Assembly (NCBI GenBank): GCA_963741955.1
Contig: CAVUKB010000006.1
Coordinates: 128,001-192,000, forward strand
Length of the DNA stretch: 64,000 nucleotides
From: an uncultured Acidobacteriota bacterium
Lineage (GTDB): Bacteria; Acidobacteriota; Thermoanaerobaculia; Gp7-AA8
Direction: 5' to 3'
Below the pieces are notes generated by a model. That model was not told where the DNA came from, did no database searches, and saw only the letters and a program-made list of their open reading frames with translations. Positions 57,271-64,000 of this stretch are shown piece by piece. Numbering within the stretch: position 1 is the stretch's first letter; each line of letters opens with the position of its first letter. A program made the translations under genes and the position numbers.

Positions 57271-57464
57271 CGTATGCAAATGGAGTCGAACCGACCTCGA
57301 AAAAATATATTGCAGGAGAGGGGTAGGGAAACACCATGCTCCGGACACTCCTGTAGTGAGACCCGATTGTCGGGTTGAACTCGCCGGGCATCGTACCGGC
57401 TCGTCGATGGGCGGATTGACGAGCGGGCGATGTCTGGCGACTTTACGCGTCCCAGGAGGACAAA

Positions 57465-58277
57465 ATGAAACGTAGAATTCTTCTGATTGCCTGCTGTGCA
57501 TTTCTTTCATCGATGTTTCTCCATGCAGCGGCCCCCACCGTTCCCGCGGGGCATCACGCTCTCACTCTTCCGGTGGTCGGTGACGTGGAGGGAGGCGGTG
57601 GAGCCCATTTCCGCACCGATGTGACGATCTCGAATACCCGCGAGATGCCGCAGATGGTGCGGCTCGAATGGCTACCCCGTGCGGGCGAAGCGGCGCCGGT
57701 CACGAAGACCGTGACTCTCGACCGCTACACCATCCGGGTCTTTCGCGACTTCACGACCGACGTTCTGCAGACCACCGGACTCGGTTCGCTCCGCGTGACC
57801 GCACTTCTGGCGGACGGAGCGACGCTCGACGAGGGGAGCGCGATCGATGGATTCGCGAGGATCTATGCCACGGTCGGAGACGGCGAGGGAACGGTCTCGC
57901 AGTCGTTCTCTGCGGTGTACGACTCTCAGCTGGTCGATCCCAACAGCGCGGTTCCGAACGTCGTGCTGATGGGGCTCAGGCAGGACGCGGACTTCAGGAC
58001 GAATATCGGCATCGTGAATCTCGATTCCGAACGACGCCACCAGTTCTACGTCGTCCTCCACGGAAGCAATGGCGATGACACGTTCGTCGTGACGGTCGAG
58101 CCGAATTCGCTCGCGCAGGTCGCACTCCCGGATGGCGACTTCGGAGACCTGACCCTCAACATCGTCGAACACGATTCTCCGGGCGGCTACTGGACGGCGT
58201 ATGCGTCGACGGTGGACAACCGGAGCGCGGACGGCTGGATCTCTCAGGACGCTCATCGCCAGTTCCGGGGAGATTGA
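57465..58277 (+). CDS. Secreted two-domain beta-sandwich hypothetical protein
   Basis: Signal peptide; FRTDVTISN / FRTNIGIVN internal repeat; YASTVDNRSADG; AGGAGG RBS. Confidence 0.75.
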   Translation: MKRRILLIACCAFLSSMFLHAAAPTVPAGHHALTLPVVGDVEGGGGAHFRTDVTISNTREMPQMVRLEWLPRAGEAAPVTKTVTLDRYTIRVFRDFTTDVLQTTGLGSLRVTALLADGATLDEGSAIDGFARIYATVGDGEGTVSQSFSAVYDSQLVDPNSAVPNVVLMGLRQDADFRTNIGIVNLDSERRHQFYVVLHGSNGDDTFVVTVEPNSLAQVALPDGDFGDLTLNIVEHDSPGGYWTAYASTVDNRSADGWISQDAHRQFRGD

Positions 58278-58466
58278 GGCCCGCACCGATCCGGATCGCC
58301 GCAGTTCTGCAAGTGGTTCGTTCCTCCGGAATGCAACGGTTCGGCGCCATGCGCCGGACCGCTGCTTCAGGAGACGCCGCTCCGGCACTCGCCCGGGCGC
58401 CGTGAGTGAGAACCGAACGACCGATTCCGGTCGACGCGAGATTGCACGGAGCGATACACTCGCCGG

Positions 58467-59366
58467 ATGCCGGCGCCAGGAGCTCCGCCTCATCACCCAG
58501 GGCCCCATCTCCTCGTCGCCGGGCGCGTCATCGGGATCGGCTGCCTTCTGGCTCTCTCCGTCGCGTTCCTCGGCGCCGCCACCGTCGGACTCATACGTGC
58601 CCTGGGGGCATCCAGGCCAACCCTCGATCCGGACATGGCGGTGCTTCTCGTGGCCGGAGGGCTTCTCTTCGCTCTCATCGGCGCCGCGGCTCTCCTTTCC
58701 GCCATACGGTCTCTCACCACCGTTCGAAGCGACGCCGCGGGATCCTATCCTGCACGGATCCGCGCGAGAGGAAGCAGGCCTGCCGCAGTTCTCTGGCTGC
58801 TCGCCGCAGTCTGGTGGGGCGTGGCGATCCCCGGTGCGATTCCATGGCTCCGCGGTCATGGACAGGGGGTGCTCGGCGTCGTTGCCCTGGTGATCCTCGG
58901 GTTTTTCGGAGCGGCTCTGGTGATCCTCGCGAGTGAGACGACGGTCAGGAATCTCCGGTTCGGGAAATCGGTGCTGACCCTCCGGAAAGCGCCCCGTGTC
59001 GGCATGCAGCTCGACGGGTTGGTCACTCTCCCCCGTCGGGCCGTCTCCGGAGAGGTTCGGGCCGAGCTGAGGTGCCGCCGCAAGTTGCCGGAGGGGAGCG
59101 ATGGCGCCGACGAGATCCTCTGGACGTCGTCCGATGGGACCCGGATGGACGAAGGCGGCGCGGACGGCCGGAACCTCCGGATTCCCGTCATGGTCGAGAT
59201 TCCCGCAGGCCTCCCCGGAAGTGGCGACGCGGTGCATTGGATTCTTCGGGTCAGCGGTTCCCGTCAGGGGACCGGCTACCGGGCGATCTTCGACGTCGAG
59301 GTAAATCCGGAACGCCGTTCGGCGGGCTTGTCTGGTGCCGAACTTGAAAGCGGTGAGGGAGAGTAG
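58467..59366 (+). CDS. Hypothetical membrane protein (4 TM plus soluble C-domain)
   Basis: Four hydrophobic helices, RFGKSVLTL, HWILRV. Confidence 0.6.
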   Translation: MPAPGAPPHHPGPHLLVAGRVIGIGCLLALSVAFLGAATVGLIRALGASRPTLDPDMAVLLVAGGLLFALIGAAALLSAIRSLTTVRSDAAGSYPARIRARGSRPAAVLWLLAAVWWGVAIPGAIPWLRGHGQGVLGVVALVILGFFGAALVILASETTVRNLRFGKSVLTLRKAPRVGMQLDGLVTLPRRAVSGEVRAELRCRRKLPEGSDGADEILWTSSDGTRMDEGGADGRNLRIPVMVEIPAGLPGSGDAVHWILRVSGSRQGTGYRAIFDVEVNPERRSAGLSGAELESGEGE

Positions 59367-59440
59367 ACCGGCGCGATCGAAGCCCTTTCTTCCGCGCAGG
59401 CTCCGAGGACGCACCCAATCGTTCGAATCGAGGTGAAACG

Positions 59441-60445
59441 ATGCATGCAGTGGAAATCGAGCGGCACGGAGGCCCCGAAGCGCTCACGTGGAAGGAAATG
59501 GCAAGACCTGACCCCGGGAAGGGCGAGGTTCTGGTCCGTGTCGGCGCAGCCGGAGTCAACTTCATCGACGTTTATCACCGCACCGGCCGCTACCCGACGG
59601 AGCTTCCGTACCGGATGGGACTCGAAGGATGCGGCGTCGTGGAAGAGCTCGGGCGCGATGTGAGCGGTCTCGAGCCGGGGGACCGAGTTGCGTGGTCCTC
59701 CGTTCCGGGGAGCTACGCCGAGTTCGTCAGGGCTCCCGCCGATAAGCTGGTCAAGGTGCCGAAAGGAATCTCCGATCAGGAAGCGGCCGCGGTGATGCTC
59801 CAGGGGATGACCGCGCAGTACCTCAGCGCTTCGACGTTTCCCCTGAAAAAGGGCGATGTGGCTCTCGTGCACGCCGCGGCCGGCGGGGTGGGGCTCCTCC
59901 TGGTGCAGATGGCGAAGTCTCGTGGAGCGAAAGTCATCGGCACTGCCTCCACGAGAGAGAAGGCGAAACTCGCGACGGACGCGGGCGCGGACCAGGTGAT
60001 CCTCTACACCGAGCTCGATTTCGAGCTGGAGGTCAAACGGCTCACCGGAGGTGGAGGGGTCGACGTGGTATACGACGGAGTGGGGAAAGCGACATTTCTC
60101 AAGGGCCTCGACTCTCTTCGGCCGCTCGGGATGATGGTTCTCTTCGGCGGGGCGAGCGGTGCGGTCGAGCCGTTCGATCCGATTCTTCTGAGTCAGAAGG
60201 GATCACTCTTCCTCACCCGCCCGACGCTCTTCCATTACACCGGGGACCGGGAGAGCCTGGTCAAGCGGGCGACCGAGGTGCTGGAGATGGTTGCTTCGAA
60301 GCGGTTGAGGGTCCGCATCGAGCGGACCTATCCGCTCGAAGACGCGTCCCTGGCGCACCGGGATCTCGAGTCGAGGAAGACCACCGGAAAGCTTCTCCTG
60401 ATTCCTCCCGGAGAGAACTCTCAGGCCGGGGCGTCGCGGAAGTAG
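59441..60445 (+). CDS. qor: NADPH:quinone oxidoreductase
   Basis: GGPEAL, GVNFIDVYHRTG, LQGMTA, HAAAGGVG, KGSLFLTRPTL, RKTTGK. Confidence 0.93.
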   Translation: MHAVEIERHGGPEALTWKEMARPDPGKGEVLVRVGAAGVNFIDVYHRTGRYPTELPYRMGLEGCGVVEELGRDVSGLEPGDRVAWSSVPGSYAEFVRAPADKLVKVPKGISDQEAAAVMLQGMTAQYLSASTFPLKKGDVALVHAAAGGVGLLLVQMAKSRGAKVIGTASTREKAKLATDAGADQVILYTELDFELEVKRLTGGGGVDVVYDGVGKATFLKGLDSLRPLGMMVLFGGASGAVEPFDPILLSQKGSLFLTRPTLFHYTGDRESLVKRATEVLEMVASKRLRVRIERTYPLEDASLAHRDLESRKTTGKLLLIPPGENSQAGASRK

Positions 60446-60768
60446 CGCGCCCGGAGTTTCCGGTTCGAAAAGACGAGTCCAGAGAGCGCGGTGAAGAGAG
60501 CCACGCCGCCGAGGATCGCGGCCATTCGGATCCAGGGCGCGCCGAGCGTCGAGCGGATGGCGTAGATCGACAGGAGTGTGTGAATCCATTCCGCCGCGCC
60601 GAGAATGAGTGCGAGCTGGACGGTGCGCACGGCCCATCGCCGGGGGACGAGGAGCAGAAGAGGAAGCGCAAGTGCCACGGCGACGAACAGGTAATTTCCG
60701 GCTCGAAAAAAGTGCGCGCCGAGGAGCAGTGAGGAGAGAGTGACCGGGAGCGTTCGAATCGCGTTCAT
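60421..60768 (-). CDS. Small membrane protein
   Basis: LLLGAHFFRAG..GAAEW..GAPWIRMAAILG; four hydrophobic segments. Confidence 0.7.
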   Translation of the reverse strand: MNAIRTLPVTLSSLLLGAHFFRAGNYLFVAVALALPLLLLVPRRWAVRTVQLALILGAAEWIHTLLSIYAIRSTLGAPWIRMAAILGGVALFTALSGLVFSNRKLRARYFRDAPA

Positions 60769-61092
60769 CAGACCATTCTGATCCGATGGAGAGCAGAGAG
60801 CTGTGACTTTGGTCGCGCCCCGGTCAGGGAACCGGACAGATCCCGTGCAGCATCTGCCAGACGAACGCTCCCGAGATCGCAGCGATGACCACTCCGTAAA
60901 AGAGCAGTGTGGATCGAGAAAAACGGGGGGGACGACTCGAGATGTCAGCCATACGAAAATCAGAACGCGGCCGGCGATGATGGCGATTCCATCACTCCCC
61001 CATCAGCACGCAGCGATTTTTTCGCCGGATTGGAAATCCGCTCGCCACGTTGCGGCCGCCTTGCGGCCCCGGAGTGCGGACGGGCAGAGAAT

Positions 61093-61123
61093 GAAAAACC
61101 GGGCCCTCGCGGACCCGGTTTTC
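61093..61123 (-). terminator. Rho-independent terminator after gltA (possibly bidirectional)
   Basis: GAAAAACCGGG..CCCGGTTTTC hairpin. Confidence 0.75.
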
Positions 61124-61145
61124 ACGAGCTGATTCGGATGTCCGA

Positions 61146-62432
61146 TCAGACTTCGACCATCACCTGCTCGCGCTCGTCGACCGGAACGAAATTCCGCTCG
61201 GTGGCGCCGGTGTAGATCTGTCGCGGACGGTAGATGCGCATCTTCGGATCGTCCAGAAGCTCTTTCCACTGAGCGATCCACCCCGGAAGCCGGCCGAGTG
61301 CGAACATCACCGTGAACATCTCGGTGGGGATGTTCATCGCGCGATAGATGATGCCGCTGTAGAAGTCGACGTTCGGGTAGAGCTTCTTGTCGATGAAGTA
61401 CGGATCGGTGAGAGCGACTTCCTCGAGGTGCCGTGCGATATCGAGGAGAGGGTCCTTCCGCCCGAGGCCGGCCAGCACCTCGTCCGCCGCGTTCTTGAGG
61501 ATGCGCGCGCGAGGATCGAAGTTCTTGTAGACGCGGTGACCGAATCCCATCAGTTTGAAGCCGGAGTTCTTGTCCTTCGCCTTCTCGACCCAGACTTTGT
61601 AGTTCTCGCCGCTGTCGCGGATCATCTGCAGCATCTGGATCACTTCCTGGTTCGCGCCGCCGTGCCACGCACCCCAGAGGGCGCAGACGCCGGCGGAGAT
61701 CGAGGCGAAGAGGTTGGCCTGGCTGCTGCCGACCATCCGGACCGTCGAGGTCGAGCAGTTCTGCTCGTGATCGGCGTGGAGGATGAGGAGGAGGTTGAGC
61801 GCGCGGTCGAGCACCGGGTTGATCACGTACGGCTCGGCGGGGACCGCGAACATCATGTGCAGGAAGTTCTGGGTGTAGCTGAGGTCATTCCGCGGATACA
61901 TGAAGGGCTGACCGATCGACTTCTTGTACGAGAAGGCAGCGATGGTCTTCGCCTTCGAGAGGAGGCGGATGATGTTCAGGTCGCGATCCTCTTCGTTCGT
62001 GTAGTACGCGGAGAGCGATGCGATCATCGCCGAGAGGATCGCCATCGGGTGAGCCGAAGTGGAGAATCCCTCGAAGAACTTCTTCATGTCCTCGTGGATC
62101 AGGCTGTGCCGGGTGAGGTTCTCGTTGAACGTGTCGAGCTCGGCGCGATTGGGAAGCTTGCCGTAGATCAGCAGATAGCAGACCTCGACGAAGCTCGCGT
62201 TCGCGGCGAGCTGCTCGATCGGATAGCCGCGGTAGCGGAGGATTCCCTTCTCTCCGTCGATGAAGGTGATCCCGCTCGCGCACGATCCTGTGTTGCCGTA
62301 GCTCGGGTCGAAGGTGACCGCACCGCTCTGCGCGCGCAGAGCCTGAATATCGATCGCTACTTCGTTCTCCGTCCCTACGATGACTGGAAGTTGGTACTCC
62401 TTACCGTTGAGAAGCAGTGTGGCAGTTGTCAT
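61146..62432 (-). CDS. gltA: Citrate synthase (type II)
   Basis: LHADHEQNCSTSTVR, HGGANQ, MGFGHRVYKNFDPRA, YPNVDFYSG, RPRQIY. Confidence 0.97.
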   Translation of the reverse strand: MTTATLLLNGKEYQLPVIVGTENEVAIDIQALRAQSGAVTFDPSYGNTGSCASGITFIDGEKGILRYRGYPIEQLAANASFVEVCYLLIYGKLPNRAELDTFNENLTRHSLIHEDMKKFFEGFSTSAHPMAILSAMIASLSAYYTNEEDRDLNIIRLLSKAKTIAAFSYKKSIGQPFMYPRNDLSYTQNFLHMMFAVPAEPYVINPVLDRALNLLLILHADHEQNCSTSTVRMVGSSQANLFASISAGVCALWGAWHGGANQEVIQMLQMIRDSGENYKVWVEKAKDKNSGFKLMGFGHRVYKNFDPRARILKNAADEVLAGLGRKDPLLDIARHLEEVALTDPYFIDKKLYPNVDFYSGIIYRAMNIPTEMFTVMFALGRLPGWIAQWKELLDDPKMRIYRPRQIYTGATERNFVPVDEREQVMVEV

Positions 62433-62773
62433 CGATCCTCTCCGATCTCCTGGTGCCGCGGGCTCCGGGAAGTCTCGTTGCGACAGCAGCGTCCTCCGCG
62501 AAGCTCTTGGCCCGAAATGTCTTCATCCGCGATTCCGCACCGGCGAAGTCGCTGAGCCCCGATAGGTATCCGGGGTGTCTCGAATGAGCTGGTCATGCCG
62601 GCTCGGATCCGACGGGTCCGATGAACCGGCTGTACTGGTGATTCAATGCTAGTTCCAGATCACACCCCGTGACGTTACGAGAGTCACAAATATGTGTGAT
62701 CCATGGGCTCGGAACCGGTGAGAAGAGATGGTTAGGATGGGGCCGGAAGAATTTCTTCCGCGAGGTGTGACCC

Positions 62774-63388
62774 ATGGGACTCAAATCACAGGCGGAAGCC
62801 GTGGAAGGAAGACCGCGCCCGGCGGTGGCGAGCTGGCTCGAGCCACGCCCCGCGTTGTCGATCGAGATGATCGGCTGCACGGGAGCGGAGCTGTCCGCCG
62901 CGGTGCTCGACGTCGGCGGCGCAGCATCGAACCTGGTCGATTATCTGATCGACCTCGGCTACGAGGATCTGACGGTTCTGGACCGCTCACGCGATGCGTT
63001 GGACCGCGCGCGGCAACGTCTCGGATCGTGGGCCGGACAGGTCCAGTGGATCCATTCGGAGCTCATCGGCTCGAAGCTGCCCCCGCTCCGTTACGACATC
63101 TGGCACGATCGGTCGATGTTTCTCCGTATGACTCAGCCCGAAACACGGAAACGGTACGTGGAGCTCGTCTGGCGGGAAGTCAAGCCGGAAGGCCATGTGA
63201 TCATCGCCACGCCGGGCCCGGACGGTGAGCTCGAGATCGAGGGCGAACCCGTCGTCCGCTTTTCTCCCGACCAGCTCGTCGACGAGCTCGGACCCGGGTT
63301 CGAGCTGCTGGAGCACTGCTTCGAGACGCTTCCCGGACCGAACGGAATGCAGCCGGGACTTCTCTACTCCCTCTTCCGGAAGGAGTGA
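62774..63388 (+). CDS. Class I SAM-dependent methyltransferase (divergent)
   Basis: VLDVGGAASNLVD, LTVLDRS, YDIWHDR, IIATPGPDG. Confidence 0.75.
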   Translation: MGLKSQAEAVEGRPRPAVASWLEPRPALSIEMIGCTGAELSAAVLDVGGAASNLVDYLIDLGYEDLTVLDRSRDALDRARQRLGSWAGQVQWIHSELIGSKLPPLRYDIWHDRSMFLRMTQPETRKRYVELVWREVKPEGHVIIATPGPDGELEIEGEPVVRFSPDQLVDELGPGFELLEHCFETLPGPNGMQPGLLYSLFRKE

Positions 63389-63415
63389 ATCCTTCGCCGC
63401 GGTGACGGCTCCCGG

Positions 63416-64000
63416 TCAGCGCGTACGTGCGCGTACGACGACGAACGTCATGTCGTCGTTGAGCACGGCGTCTTTCTTCCATCGATCCGCGGCCGCGACG
63501 AGCTGCTCGATCACCTGAGCCGGATCGGCGGAGAGCGTCTCGCGGAACGCGTTCTGCGCAGCGACGTAGCCGAGCGGATCGCCTGCGGGATTCAGCAGTT
63601 CCGGGAAACCGTCCGACATGAGGAGGACGATGTCGTCCGGCGCGAGTGTGACCTCGACCTCTTCGTAATCCTTCGCGAACGTCCCGAGAGGGGACGCATC
63701 GATCGAGAGCTCCGTCACCTCGCCGGTGCTGCGCAGAACCAGCGCGGGGGGCATGCCGGCGGTGGCGAGGGTCATCCGATTTCCCTCCAGCCGCACGAGC
63801 GAGAGGGCCATCGCCATCCGGCCGAGATCCATCCGGCGGATGGTGTGATTGGCCTCGGTGAGGAACGTCGAGAGCCTCTTCTCCGGCGGAAGCGAAGAAA
63901 AGAGGCTCTTGATCACCGTGACCATCGTCCCGGCGCGCGCGCCGTGCCCCGTCGCATCTCCGACCGCGATGGTCAGTGCTCCGTCGTCGCTCTTGTGGAA
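63416..64000 (-). CDS. PP2C/SpoIIE-type phosphatase, 5'-partial
   Basis: AVGDATGHG, AGMPP, MSDGFPE, DDMTFVVV; frame runs off the window end. Confidence 0.9.
   Translation of the reverse strand, partial: FHKSDDGALTIAVGDATGHGARAGTMVTVIKSLFSSLPPEKRLSTFLTEANHTIRRMDLGRMAMALSLVRLEGNRMTLATAGMPPALVLRSTGEVTELSIDASPLGTFAKDYEEVEVTLAPDDIVLLMSDGFPELLNPAGDPLGYVAAQNAFRETLSADPAQVIEQLVAAADRWKKDAVLNDDMTFVVVRARTR

Noticed and set aside
57300-57460. Possible riboswitch in the leader of the secreted protein
   Set aside because: Some hairpins, but no recognisable aptamer consensus; would need an Rfam search

Overview
GC-rich (roughly 65%, estimated by eye) bacterial chromosome segment. Gene content suggests Acidobacteriota, probably Thermoanaerobaculia (inference). 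Housekeeping genes (dGTPase, HU, rsmB, fmt, alkA, gltA, qor) are interleaved with accessory modules: a Dcm/Vsr/putative-REase restriction-modification cassette; a TetR-MFP-RND operon whose RND pump is fused to a TolC-like outer-membrane factor through an internal signal-peptide-like linker; an ~11 kb plasticity zone (24.5-35.3 kb) holding MITEs, IS4/IS110/ISL3 remnants, a three-gene operon of secreted orphan proteins, a RAYT-like transposase broken by IS630 with its REP-like repeats, and XRE, RHS and LuxR relics; a sigma factor / zf-HC2-TM-TPR-CHAT protease / 251-aa partner cassette (best candidate for an uncharacterised signalling or defence system); and a cytochrome c-4Fe4S-NrfD-heme histidine kinase-sigma54 regulator-archaemetzincin operon with no catalytic redox subunit. 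An IS1182 element and two MITE families abut each other without clear target duplications. No rRNA, tRNA or CRISPR array was found. All family assignments come from motif recognition by eye, not database searches.
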